Part shown: positions 12,676-25,000 of the stretch, piece by piece
Layout: the number at the start of each line of letters is the position of its first letter
Numbering within the stretch: the stretch's first letter is position 1
Assembly: GCA_000708835.1 (NCBI GenBank)
Contig: DF237383.1
Location: 1 to 64,000, forward strand
Reading direction: 5' to 3'
Source of the DNA: Klebsormidium nitens
Lineage: Eukaryota > Plantae > Klebsormidiophyceae
Length of the DNA stretch: 64,000 nt
Notes under the pieces: generated by a model
Database searches by the model: none
What the model was told of the DNA's origin: nothing
What the model saw: the letters and a program-made list of their open reading frames with translations, nothing else
Position numbers and translations under genes: made by a program

Positions 12676-12910
12676 CGGTGAGTCGTTCTTCGCAATGGCT
12701 TGCCTTCATGGCGTCAATCTGCTTGTTCATGTTTGGTTATAGGACAGTGAGTGAGGTTTCATCCTTCTCTCTTCTGGGGAGGCCACCTAAAGTGAGGATC
12801 ACTGCCGAGTGAAGTGAGCAGTCTTTTGATCATTAGCTCGAGATCCGGCTGATACAGATCAAGAGCGATTTGTCGTTTTTCGCTAGAGGCGCAGCCAAAT
12901 GTTCCAGAGT

Positions 12911-13010
12911 TGTACCCTATGCAATTTTACGATTTCAATATGTGAGGCATACCACTTCGTTTTACCGTATGCAATTTTACGATTTCAATATGTGAGGCAT
13001 ACCACTTCGT
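12911..13010. repeat. 50-bp tandem duplication (2 units)
   Basis: 12911-12960 and 12961-13010 differ at 2 positions. Confidence 0.95.
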
Positions 13011-13825
13011 CCAGATGTAGAGCATCAGGACACTCCTTCCTGTTGCATTGTCAGGCTACAGCCGGAAGGCTTCGAGGTGGTCAGTGCGGTTAACATCTTG
13101 ATGCTTCCCCGTTTGTCAAGCTCAGTGCATCGAAGTAGTCGAAGATTTCTTGGTCCTGCATTGCGGTGCGTTGTAGAATTCTGCTCCTGTTCGACGTCGC
13201 CATTTGGACACTCAAACAACCATCTGCCAAAGCTCGGTTCCCATTGCGGAATCTGAATTTTGTTGCTTGTTAGAACTTTGCAGCTGTCTGATTGAGGACG
13301 CTCATTCCTTTACAGGTGTCCTTTGGTGTTTTGCGCTGCAGTTGTGTTGTAGAGCATACCTTATGATACATAGACCCTTGCGAGGGCAAGGATTCGTTTA
13401 GTGTATTTGGATACTTGAGGTATGGGCAGAGTGTCTTGAGAATGTGGCGAAAGTTTGACACACAGTAGATTGGGGTGTAATCTTATGTATACTATTTATA
13501 TGGAATTAGTGTCTGCACAACCTGCACAATGTCTGGATTGTTGCATACGTGTTTATCTGCACTTAACATACTTCTGGAAGCTCCGTTCTTCCAATTGTGT
13601 CTGTTTTTGTAAAGTCAGAATGTCATTGAACGTCAGAACGTCATCCCTTGATAAGGTGTTCAAAACACGAACTTATATTTGAAGACAATGAACAAAAACG
13701 GGCTGGCACGCTGGATGGTCATGTGTGACTGCATTCGGGTGCATGTCACAGCACCAGCGATTGGGCGACACCATTTTGATCTCATAAAGTTTAGGAAGTC
13801 TGGAAGCCTCGTATGGTATAGTAGG

Positions 13826-14033
13826 ATATGGATAAACTTTAATAGGAATAGGTAAGGTACACGAGTACGGGTGGGGTTAGTTTGGTGGTTAGGGTGGGTT
13901 CGGGTGCGGAGCAGCCTAGCAAGTCATTTTGTCCTTAGGGTTTTAGTGTTGGTTAAGCCGAGAAATTGAGTACTTTCAGTACCTAAGATCCTTAGGTATT
14001 GACGGTACTACCGGTATTAAAGTTTATGGTTAT
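13826..14033. mobile_element. 208-bp MITE-like element A with 9-bp TSD (Mutator-like)
   Basis: Direct repeat TATAGTAGG at 13817-13825 and 14034-14042, flush with a 19-bp imperfect TIR (ATATGGATAAACTTTAATA vs ATAACCATAAACTTTAATA, 16/19). G-rich core shared with the element at 40976. Confidence 0.75.
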
Positions 14034-15934
14034 TATAGTAGGTGTCCTATTAATGACACACAAAGTACGCGATACCCATGCCAGTTCAGCATGCAGCCGG
14101 ACATGCACAGGAAGCTGCCAAGTTGAAAATGGAACTCTTGAGCTAGCCTAGCGTCGGGTCATGCGGGTCACGGTCACGCCGGTCCGCAGGCGGCTCGCGC
14201 CGCGCACGCCGCGAGCTTTCGTTGAGTGACCTGTCGTGCAAGGCATATGCACTGAATGTGCCACAAAGTAAATGCTGACGGTGTCGAGAAAGATTCCACC
14301 GCCCGCCTTTGACCCGATTAGGTGGGCAATTTAGGGAACCAGTCTCATTGCGCCAGAACCGTTCGTTACGTCCTAATTGTATCGGGACAAGATCTGACCG
14401 TCGACTGCAGATTCGGAACTCTGAAGCTACTAGGGAGTTGCTGACGTAACGTACAGCTCTTGAGTCTTGAGGGAGCCTAGCTAGTACGGTGTACCGTGTG
14501 TCACAGCGAGTCGCCAACGGCAGACTACGGTAATATGATTGAGAATCTTGGGTTGCGAGAAGGTGAAATCTCCGGGCTGAGCTGCCCCGCTGAGCCCCGC
14601 TGATCAGGAGGGGGCTTCCCCCGACTCTTGTCTTTCTGTGGTTTCCTCTCAGAGAATCTCTTTCCCCCACTTGAGTGCTTGCGGCTTGCATTGCGCACCA
14701 TATTCACGTTGCATGCACGACGCCCAGGCTGTGATCCTTGATTTGACATTCTACAGAGAACCGGTTCCTTTAACGGTATCCTACGTTTCATTGCAATCGT
14801 ACAAGCTGTAGCTCGAAACACACGTGACACAGTTGACGGCGCATACGTACATGCATAACATTGTCGGGTACCATGTAGAAGACCTCTCTCTGCCTGCCAG
14901 CATGCGTAGAACTCGCTGCCTACAAGCAGGACTGCGGCGTTGACAGGATTGAACAAAATCAAGCTGCGATTAACAAGTTTCCGGCTTTGTTGGCTCGCTT
15001 CAGGAAAGTTGGGGGCCGTGGAGAGATTGGGGAGCTGAGCTATCAAGCACTGTGCGCTTGCTGGATGCAACGGCGGCCAGCAGTCAAAACAGCTGCGACT
15101 CAACAGCAAAAGATGGTGAGGTAATCCAGCAAACGCAAGTTGGCTTTGTGCTTTAAGCTTTGCTCGCAGCGTCGCACAGAATACTCTGAATTGACGGGCT
15201 AGCTCATATGACAGCTGGCGCACTGATCGCTCATGCGCCCACCTGCTTCAACAGCTGGTTTTTGAGTGGGAAAGCTCTTTTATGCTCAGCCAAGCGGGGA
15301 CAGGCAGACACGGTTCAGGTCTGGGATTGAGGCCTCATGCCCCACTGATTGGCTATAAGGATCATGATCATATTCGGCGATGCCAAGAAAGATACAATTA
15401 AGCTCAAGCTGAGTGTAGATTCTTCTGACACTGTGAAGAAGGACTTACAATTTATTGCTTCCAAATGGCATCAATTAATATGGAAAGCTTTACAATCTCA
15501 GAGACAACGAGAGTCTGGCCCAGAATGGTTACCTCTAGGCTCCACCGATTGGACCTTTTCTGCCCTTCAAAAGCTGGCCTCTTAGATTGGGGCCAGGCTC
15601 CAGAAACGTAACAGTTTCACAGCAAGTACTGGTGGGCATTTCGGGCAATCCTGAGTTAAATTTATGTGCAGCGCATCTCTACCGAGTTTATGTTTTAAAA
15701 AGCTCTGGTATCACTTCGTCAAGCTGCCTGGCGGTGACATAATACTGTAGACACAAATGTCCAAACATTTTATCACCACCCTCCTCAGACGGCATCTTCT
15801 CTAGCAAAAGAATCAATCAAATTCCAATCGCCTCTTTTCGCAAACTGCCAACGACCCAAGCAAATCTTCCCCTCCCTCTTCCTATGCTCTCATCATGAAA
15901 TAATACTTACCCCTCCCCCCCCCTCGTTTTGCAG

Positions 15935-16872
15935 GCTTCCCTAGCCCCGTTCCTCCTCGCCGTCCTGGCCCTTTGCGCCGCCGCCCCCGCCGTCGCAGCC
16001 CGCGAGCTCCTCCAATCAGCTGCGACCATTTCTCCAAACATCACGCAGCTCTCCAGAAATGGGGAATCGGTTGGCGTGACCTTCACTAACCCAAACCCAA
16101 GTGTGAACGATGCCATCGCGTTCGTTGTTCCGGATACCGCGGACTACAAGAAGACCGCCCCACAAAAGATTAGATGGGCGATCGAGTCGGGGCCTGCGGG
16201 GCAGTACCTGGCAACCAAGCAAGGGACACTCAAGTAAGCTGCTGATTCTGTTCATTCCTTTGCAACGTCAAAACCGTTGCAGTTACAGATGAAAATCAGT
16301 TGTTCACTGCAGCGTCCTTTTGTGACGAGCTTTACCCAAGAATTAAAAGCTCATTCTGATTTGCTGAGGCTCTGAAGAAGGGATCTAGGGAAGGGGATTG
16401 TGCTATCAAGTACTTGCAGATCTGCTGGATCCATTCTAGGAGAATTGTGTGCAATCCAGTCTCATGTGTTGGATGGACATTGAATTTGGAAGGAGTTCTC
16501 TTTTCGACCCCGCATTCTTCGAAAGTTGCTGAGCTCCTTAGAAGGCTCGGTATACCAAGAAACGCGGACGTGCCATATCCATTCGAGATTCTAGATCCGC
16601 ACACTGAGATCTCCTACTGATCTTCAAACCGAAATTCCTTAACCATTCAGCTCGGAAAGTTCTCCAACGTCAGATTCCTGATACTTTGTCCATTATCTTC
16701 GCAGTTTCCCATCCTGAATCACCGCCAGTCGTTCAATTTCATCTTCGTGACCAACGTCAAGACGAGCGGCTGGCAGGGCAACTTCACGCTGCTCGCGCAG
16801 ACTGCCCCATTCCGCTGGCCAACCTTGATGAGCCGACCGCCAGTCATATCAACATTGGCAAGGACGTGCGAC
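15935..16872 (+). pseudogene. Purple acid phosphatase-like N-terminal fragment (signal peptide plus N-terminal domain; exons ~15935-16233 and 16705-16872), two apparent 1-bp frameshifts, no catalytic domain found
   Basis: Signal-peptide-like FLLAVLALCAAAPAVAA, then VGVTFTNPNPSVNDAIAFVVP...TAPQK...YLATKQGTLK, ILNHRQSFNFIF and LANLDEPTASHINIGKD, which match the N-terminus of plant PAPs. No start ATG and no metallophosphoesterase motifs were located. Confidence 0.6.
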
Positions 16873-18535
16873 GTGAGTCGATTAGGACCTTGTCTCGTGA
16901 TACGACTTGATTCTTTGCATGCCGGATCTCTGCTACTTTTCCCTTGTTTTGGAGCCGTTCTGCTTCAACTGATCTTTCTCTCAAGCCCCAGTACGACTTC
17001 GGCGATGTCAAATTGCGGGATCGCTTCTTCTGTCCTTCGTCAGTAGGCCTTTCCTAGTCCCGACGGATCCAGACTTCTGCGTACCGTTTGCTTGCACCAC
17101 TGGATTAGAGGGCGGCGTCTCAAGAACCAAAAGGTCAACCTCATCTCTGCGAGCGCAGCCAGTCGACCTGTTCCATAAAGTCCTGAAGGAGGTGGTCGAT
17201 GTGGCAAATGCTAAACCAGCCCCTTTGCGCACTGCTTAGTACTCCTTTTATTAACTCGCAGGCCGTTCGCCGACTTTCCTTAGTCGAACAAGAGCCTCAA
17301 ATTTGACCAAGGCTTTCTTTCAGATTGAGGTCTGTTCGTTGCAGATCTGTCGTATTAGCGGATTGACCGAGCGTTTTCCTGGCGAGCAGTCCCTTGCCTC
17401 GTCATGAGTTCTGCTTTTCGTTTCATCTTGTCTTCTAAAACCAGGACTCAAATCGTTCTCAGAACCGATATGAAGCGAAGAAAGTACACAGAATCTCGTG
17501 TAAATGGCAAGGAGGCGAGCACAGTCAAGGAGTCTGGAGGAAGCTTGACGTGATTCGCCTGAAACGTCAATGTCAAACGGCTTTTCGTATCGTCTCGGGT
17601 AGTCCCGCTTTTTCAGGTTTGCGGGTTTCGCAACCTGCCGGGCGCGAGGCGCCGGGCGGCCAGGCGGTGGCGGCGACGTCGCGGCCGCGCGCGGCAGGAA
17701 GGTCGATTGATCTTGCGCTTTGAAGGCGCTGCAAACCGAGTGTTTATTTAGGAGACTATTAAAGAGGGCGTCGCAGGACCGGTCCTACATGACGTCACAG
17801 AAGTGACATCGAAGCATGGATTTGTGGTACGCAGTCGCCTCAAATTGGTATCAGCGGTGTTTTCCCCGAGTAAAACTCTCTAATTTAAGTGACCGGTGCT
17901 GAGGTCAATAGACGCCCTCTTTAAGGACATGCGACTGGGCAAAACGCACGGGATGCCCGTTTATTCTTCACCCTCTCAGGCTTCCATTCTTCGAATAAAT
18001 TAGATGGCAAACGTATCAAGGAATAGTCCTCATGCCTGATTACCTCACGAATACTTTCTACTGGTGTCGAAGTACGAGAGCGTATTCGGTTGCAGCTTGA
18101 AAACTCAGATCTGGAATATTGCCTCGATTGCCGCCAAGATGGCAGAGCTACCCACATTCCGCACTTGCTTACTACGTCGCTTGTGCGCATTCTGGTGCCG
18201 AAAAGGCTCTTTGTCGCAATCAAATCACCCATCAGGGAAACCATCCCGCTTGCTCGCGGAACCAAGCGAAGATTGATATCCACATTGGTACATGAACAGT
18301 CAGGCATTAAGCACTCGCAATCCAAACTTCAATGTTGAGACTGCCATGTCTTGTGCAAGTTGTATTGTGTCGAGGTGATAAGAATAGTTGTAATGTGTTG
18401 AGGTGATCGATATCACATTGAGAAAAATACATAAATCAGCCACGCTCAAGAGGGCCGGACTCTGAACCTACTACGACTTAGGTGCCTTGCAAGTCTAACA
18501 TAGTTCTCTCTTTGAGTGGATTTTTGGAGCTTCTA

Positions 18536-20896
18536 CTACTTCCTTGCAAGACGCGTACGCCGTTGCTGTTCGTAACGCTCGATCGACCTAACTACGGCTT
18601 CGCTGCAACCTTCTCTAAGTCGTCTCGTGAAGAAGTAGTCATGAAGCGGCCAATTAGCGATGGACTCAGGCAGCTCCAGGAGAGCACTACAGCCGGCTAG
18701 ATTAACGGCGGAAAGATTGCACCAATCTCCTACACCACTTGGCAAAGATACAATTCCCGTGCAGCCCTTCAAACTAACCTGTGTTACGCTTCTCCATTCC
18801 CTAACTGAGTCGGGAAGCCCCTCCAAAGCAGTGCAAGCCTCCCGTCCTTCGCAGGTGCCCACGGTCAGCTCACGAAGACTATGCCAAGAGCCTACGCTCT
18901 CAGGCAAGCTCCTCAATCGTTTGCAACCACTTAGATCTATCCAAAGTAATGCCCTCCACTGGCCTACACTTTCTGGGAGTAATTCCAGATTTGGACACGA
19001 AAGATGAAGGCCTTGCAAGCTGCTCCAAGCGCCGACGCTGACTGGCAAGCGCAGCAAGTCCGAGCTGATCAAGAAGAGGGACCGCAGCTGTCTCCATGCC
19101 CCAGCAGCTTTCTCTGGAAGCCTTTCCGTTTGGAGGCCATTAACACTCAGAATCTCCAACTTGGTCCACTCCTGAGTAGCTATTGGTAAGTCTGTCAAGA
19201 CGCCAAAGTAGGCGTGCTGAAGGTTCTCCCAGGCCCCCGCCTCCGGTGGAAGAACTAGATTCACGCTAATTGCTTGATTGAAACAGATACTTCTCAGCTG
19301 CTTCCAGTGGCACACCTCTTTGGGGAGCGTCAGCAACTTATTACATCTATATATGCCAAGCTGCTTTAAGTTCCTCCAGCCCCTGACCCCACTAGAAAGG
19401 TCGCAGATCATGCTGCACCCTTCGATGTTCACCAACTGGAGTTGGCCGCATGCCTTGACGGAAACAGGAAGACGCTCTATGCCAACTTTGGAAAGAAATA
19501 GCCGGGTCAAAGCGCCCCACGAGTCGACCCTCAAAGTATCGGACAGAAAAGTAGTTGAAACCGCACTTTCTCCTTCGGCTGAGTCCTCCGCGCATCTGAA
19601 GGCAACGTCCTCTTCGGCCAGCAGGCTCTTCATCTTCCAGCATTTTGACAACGTTATCTCTTTCAGGGAAGACCACCTCTGTGTTCCCTCGGGCAAGAAT
19701 TGGAGGTTTTCGCACCCAGTGATGTGAGCTTCTTTCAGTTGAGACCAGCTGCCAACAGGCTCAGGAAGATATTCCAGAGCAGGGCAGTCGGTGAATCTGA
19801 GAGTCCTTAATTCTGTCCATTCACCGACACCTTCTGAAAGGTCCCTAATGCCGTCGCAGCCATGCAGGAGAAGGCTGCGTAGCCTTCCCCATCCCGCCAC
19901 TCCCGAAGGCAATCGACCAAGGCTCTTGCAGTGGTAGAATTCTTCAGATCTCAAGGACCTCCATCCGCTTACAGAGGCGGGAAGATCATACAAGCCGACT
20001 TGATAGAGTTTGATCTCCTCCAACGCCTGCCAGGTCCCCACACCAGGCGGAAGATTCTTCAGTTCGGGGCACCATGACAAAGACAGCATTCGCAAGCTGG
20101 ACCAGGAGAACACCCCTTCTGGAAGGGACCGAAGATCGGGCGCACCATGAATCTTCAACAACGTCAGCTGACGCCAGGCTTTCACCTCCTCCTGGAGATA
20201 CCGGAGCATAGGACAGGACTCGAGACGCAATTCTTGCAAGATCTCCCACTCTCCAATTGCACCACCTGGTGCCAACTCAACAGCAGTCAGTTTGAGTATC
20301 TTCAGGGACCTCAGCTTTGTCCAAAACCTGCTGGTTGGAGGCAAGGTGTCGCACTGATCCAGCTGCAGACTTTGCAGATTCTTCCACCCTCCGGATGCTT
20401 GGGACTGGAGGCCAAAATCAGGAACAAAAGCACCGTGAATTGAAATGCTCTGAAGCCTGTCGAACCCTCTGATAAGGTGTAGAGGCAGTGACTGCAACTG
20501 CAGGCGCTTTGACGTCATGCTTGGGGCAAAGTCGAAGCGCATATGCTTGATGTTTGTGGCGCTCAGGTCCAGGCACTGTGCTATCCTCTTGAATATGGCT
20601 GGAGAGGAAGTTTGGCCGCCTGTCTTGAACAAGACCTCCTCCACGCATGGGAAGAAGCTCAACAGCTTGAACAAGTGCTCTTCAAGGTTTTGTTCACAGT
20701 TGTTGCAGTTGACGAAGAGGCGCCTCTTTGCCTCTCTTCCGATTGTTTGCCACTGCCTGCATACTTGCGTAAAGCGCCTCAAAGACACTCTCAGACCACA
20801 AATGTCTTCGTCAAGAAAGCACGCTATCCTGACAAGAACGTCGCTGGGCAAGACGTCGTTGATGCAGGCTGCTTTCGCTTCACTTTGAGAAGCCAT
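18536..20896 (-). CDS. Intronless F-box protein with ~24 NLR-type leucine-rich repeats, 786 aa
   Basis: F-box INDVLPSDVLVRIACFL...FTQVCRQW, then ~24-aa repeats of the form LPxxVGxWxxLxxLxLxxCxxL. Confidence 0.92.
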   Translation of the reverse strand: MASQSEAKAACINDVLPSDVLVRIACFLDEDICGLRVSLRRFTQVCRQWQTIGREAKRRLFVNCNNCEQNLEEHLFKLLSFFPCVEEVLFKTGGQTSSPAIFKRIAQCLDLSATNIKHMRFDFAPSMTSKRLQLQSLPLHLIRGFDRLQSISIHGAFVPDFGLQSQASGGWKNLQSLQLDQCDTLPPTSRFWTKLRSLKILKLTAVELAPGGAIGEWEILQELRLESCPMLRYLQEEVKAWRQLTLLKIHGAPDLRSLPEGVFSWSSLRMLSLSWCPELKNLPPGVGTWQALEEIKLYQVGLYDLPASVSGWRSLRSEEFYHCKSLGRLPSGVAGWGRLRSLLLHGCDGIRDLSEGVGEWTELRTLRFTDCPALEYLPEPVGSWSQLKEAHITGCENLQFLPEGTQRWSSLKEITLSKCWKMKSLLAEEDVAFRCAEDSAEGESAVSTTFLSDTLRVDSWGALTRLFLSKVGIERLPVSVKACGQLQLVNIEGCSMICDLSSGVRGWRNLKQLGIYRCNKLLTLPKEVCHWKQLRSICFNQAISVNLVLPPEAGAWENLQHAYFGVLTDLPIATQEWTKLEILSVNGLQTERLPEKAAGAWRQLRSLFLISSDLLRLPVSVGAWSSLQGLHLSCPNLELLPESVGQWRALLWIDLSGCKRLRSLPESVGSWHSLRELTVGTCEGREACTALEGLPDSVREWRSVTQVSLKGCTGIVSLPSGVGDWCNLSAVNLAGCSALLELPESIANWPLHDYFFTRRLREGCSEAVVRSIERYEQQRRTRLARK

Positions 20897-22037
20897 GCTC
20901 GATTCTCAAACCCTGCGCTCTGCTTCCTTCACGTTTGACTGCGCTTCGTGAAAATGATCAACAGAAATGCATCCGGCTGTTCCGGACGAGAACAACGCAC
21001 CATTTCCATTTTTCCCTGATCTGCATTTGGAGCACATGACAAGGAACGGTCCAAAACGGCGCAATCTGCCACGTTGCACGAAGACAAGCTACGAAAACGC
21101 GCGCTAAGCCTTTGTTACTCGACGCGCGGCCCGGCACTTTTGCGACAATGCATCTGTGTTTTCCAGATTGCGCGGGCTGGCCAAAGGGTCTGACCTCGCG
21201 CCGAAGCCGGCACAGAGCACGCATTTTGGCAGGAATAAAGAACAACTTCATGTGGCCCGCAGCCCTTTGCATGACTATTCACCTTTTAGAGGCGGTACGT
21301 GCACTCCTGGCAAGACCAGGCAGGCTGCATGGCACATCAAAATACTGTAGCATACCATGCATCGCCATTCACACCAACTTGTGCGGCAAACGCGCGCTCG
21401 ACTCAGGAAACACAATGTGTATATGTACCATTGCAAATGCACAGTGCACGCCGGAGACCATGGGCTCACTCATATGCTCGTATATCTTAAAGGCGTTGCC
21501 GGCGGCCGGCCGCTCCAGCTAGGCCGCCATGGCGCGCATGCATACAGTGGATCAAATGCAAGCTAGTGGAGAGCGTGACGTGGTCGCGTTTGATCAAAGT
21601 ATACCCGTACTTTTGGTCCCAAGCAAAGAAATCACAGTGGTCCGATCTGAGCTAGTCCGCGATGAACGCTTGAAATGATGTCTGGATTACTGCCAGTCAT
21701 GTTGGCTTGCATGAATTGAAATCGACTACAAGAAGCCGAAACCAACATGCCGCCTGCACCAACTTGATTGACCCTAACATTGATCATGCTCAAAGCAATC
21801 GTACTCCGGTGGATGCCAGAACTGCTGGCTCTAACCCCTTAACCAGCGCGCAAGGCTGATCAGTTTGCATCTCGCAAATAAGTTGCATGACGTCGATAAC
21901 GGTCGTATGTGGGCAGATGGCAAGCGAGAATCCAAATGTCTGATTGCTTCCGGAATAACACTTTCAAACGGATGCAATGAGCAGCTACTTCTGTCTTTGA
22001 CGACTTACGAGCAGACGACCAGACACGAAGCGGTCTG

Positions 22038-25000
22038 CTACCGGTGTTGCTGTACCTTGATAGTCCGGAGCCTATTCAGAGCTGCCGCGATTTCAAACAC
22101 CCGCGGCCGCGCATAGGTCCCAAGATGCATGTGAGGAGCTAATACGTCTAGGCCCTTGGAATGGACTTCTCGCTCGAAGCTCGCCAGCAGCTGCTGAATG
22201 CTCTGGCGCCCTGCGAACAGACATCCAAGGATGCTAAGAGACGAGCCCGTATGCAAGCATGATACGACGAGGTCACAGCTTCGACAGTGGAGGCAATTTG
22301 ACGTTCTTTATATGAGGTGCATCTTAGCAGAATTCCATGTTGGCGCCTGAACGTGGGCCAGCGAGACAAAATCCTGGTCTGGTGAACGAGTGTTTCAATG
22401 GACGCGTTCAGATTTTATCCGACCCGGGTGCACGTTTAGTTGCATAACCCCGATCAGTAACCTTCGTTTGACCACAGACACTGCTTGCTGGAAACAAGTT
22501 TTGTCCCCTTTTACTGCTGCTTTTCAGACCCTGTCATGCGTCCATTAAAGACACGGAAACGTATGATTTGTCGATGGAAGCTGCTGATCAAACGCCGACC
22601 TGATGGAAGCCGCAGAACTCACCGTCGACTGGTAACCGTCGGAACAGAGCGATGGCGTCAGCAACTGCCCGGGTCTGCGACTTCTCCGCAAGCTGCAGAC
22701 GATACGCCAAAGCTAGCACGTCAGCAAACATGGCGCCAGTCTCATACGCGATTGACGCCGCCTTCGGTCGCGACAGGGAAGGCGGGGCGCGTGTTAAGTC
22801 CCAGAGCAACATCTGGCGGTTGCTTGGCAGAAGACGTCGCAATGAGTGCACATATGCCCGAGTCAACTATTTGGCAAGCACTGAAAATCTAAAAGATGGA
22901 GGATTGCGGAGAAGTACCTCCGTGTCTGCTCCTAGAGGGCCAACCTCTGGAACTGCCTCAAAGAACCAGAAACACGGATTCTGGGTCCCCATCGAACATT
23001 TGAAAGATCGATTCTAAGAAAAACTGGCCCAACCTCACCTGCTCGACAGCGGCCAGGTCGATTTCCTGGTCGCCAAATGAGATGACGTTCTTGGTGCGCG
23101 CGACGATTTTGATGTCCCGGTGCCCTCCCCCCGAGAGAGGGTAGATGTCGACGGGGAACCTAGAGACCAGTCTGCCGAACGGCGCGTTTCCGTTTTCCGG
23201 GGGGACGCCCGGCGCCCCCCCAAAGTCGGCCGCGATGGCTTTGGCTTCTGACGTCACGTCCCTTGGCGCGAAGCTCTAGCGGGTGAGATAGGACGTCAGC
23301 ACAGCGATAGCGCGCAGTGTCAGCTTATCATGACCTCTGCTTTTCGGTGATTAATAAAATTGTATGGCCATAGCATTGAGGTTTGCAGGTCGGAAGTGGT
23401 AGTGCAACGGTCAAGACTAGAATAAGTGCCTCACAATCTAATCTGGCAAAACAGGTCATTGGTCAGTGCAGGCTTGTGACAGAGCGTGAGAGAATCCGGA
23501 ACAGAACTCCTCTGGTATATTGGAAATGCCACTCCTGAGATCCTTCGAGCGCTCACCTCCATCATTACGACGGTGTCCGCCACGTCGAAGTAATCTCCCG
23601 AGCCGCCCATGACTGCACATTTCACACCTTTTTGTCAGCGGGAGCTTTCTGCCCGACGGATCCGAGTGCTCCATATGATCATTTGTGTGCAGTGCAAGTA
23701 CACAGCAGACCCCTGCATCGAGCTTGAAAAGCGACGCGCAAATTGCCGCTGACATGCGCGATCTGATTTTGAGGGATGAGGCCGTGCTGCTTGCAACGAG
23801 ATCGAGCACGAACAATATTTGCGCAGTTGCCAGGGCTGAAAGATGCGTTGCTTGAGCGAGAGGCCGACACGCGGCGCGGTCTTCCTCACCGAGAATCACT
23901 GAAGTGTCGTGCTGAGTCACCATTGGCCGGATCTGTGAGGCGAGAGAAAGATAACGTCAGCAGAGCGTCGATGACTTCAGCAGAGGGGCGATGAGAGGTT
24001 CCAGGAGAAGGACTCGAGAGATTGTACACAGGACAACTTGGCGCATCGTTGCGAGCTCAATCATTTGCCCAAAATGAGGTCCCTTGTGCCGTCGGTTGAG
24101 ATGCGGGGTCAATGGGATTTCTTTCGGCAATCCAGGGCACTAAAAAGCTGATACTAGCAGAAAGTGGCCATCTCAAATCGTCCACGATCGGCCGAGCTTC
24201 CTAGTTTGTTCCGCAGGCACCTCGATCGGCTTTGCCTCAAAGCGGCAGGAGCTTCAAATCTTGGCTTTTCTAGAACATTTTTAAGCAACTTGGCAGTATC
24301 ATGCTTACAGCACGCGCTCACACTATCTACGCTCAACAAAGTTGCACGTCAATGTAATCGCAGTTGGAAGCACGACTGCCAACTTTTGCAACTCCCGATG
24401 GCGAGCCAGTTAAGCAACCAGTTCATTCATGAAGTAACCAACTCAGAGGATCCAAACCGGCAATGTAAGAGCTCAACACGTAAAGATGAGAAACCCGAAA
24501 CTCTCCAGACCGTCGATTAATGTCTCCGAAAACGCACCTTGGCAATGAAGGGTGTGATGGGCTCCTTTTCTTTGGCCACCAGCGCCTGCATGCGCGCATC
24601 CCGTATCATGAAGTTGGTGGCGCACGTGTCCTCGTCCACCAATAGCGTCTTCGCGCCGACCTCCAGCGCCTCGATGATGTTCGTCGCCTGAATAGAAAAC
24701 ATACGCGATGACTGGAGGCATAAGAGATGGACGAAGGCATGATTTGTGGGGGCACGTGTCGTCGTCCACCAACAGCGTCTTCGCACCCACTTCCAGTGCC
24801 TCGAAGAAGTTGGTCGCCTGTTAAGAGAACAGATGCGATGGAACGGGGCATAAGAGATGGGCGGAAAGGCGAGCCAAGAAGCGTTTCTGCACCATTCTCC
24901 AGCGCCTTACTATACTTGGCCCCTGGACAAGGGGAACATACGCGCGGATTTTATAAGAAATGCACGGACATGAAGGCCGGGTTTTGTGTGTGCCCGTGAT

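Noticed and set aside
13860-13950. Interstitial telomere
   Set aside because: Only isolated TTAGGG/TTTTAG motifs with no tandem array; better explained as the MITE core.
14525-15223. 232-aa minus-strand ORF (and the neighbouring 14143-14691 ORF)
   Set aside because: Non-ATG start, no recognisable motif and no splice support; cannot be called.
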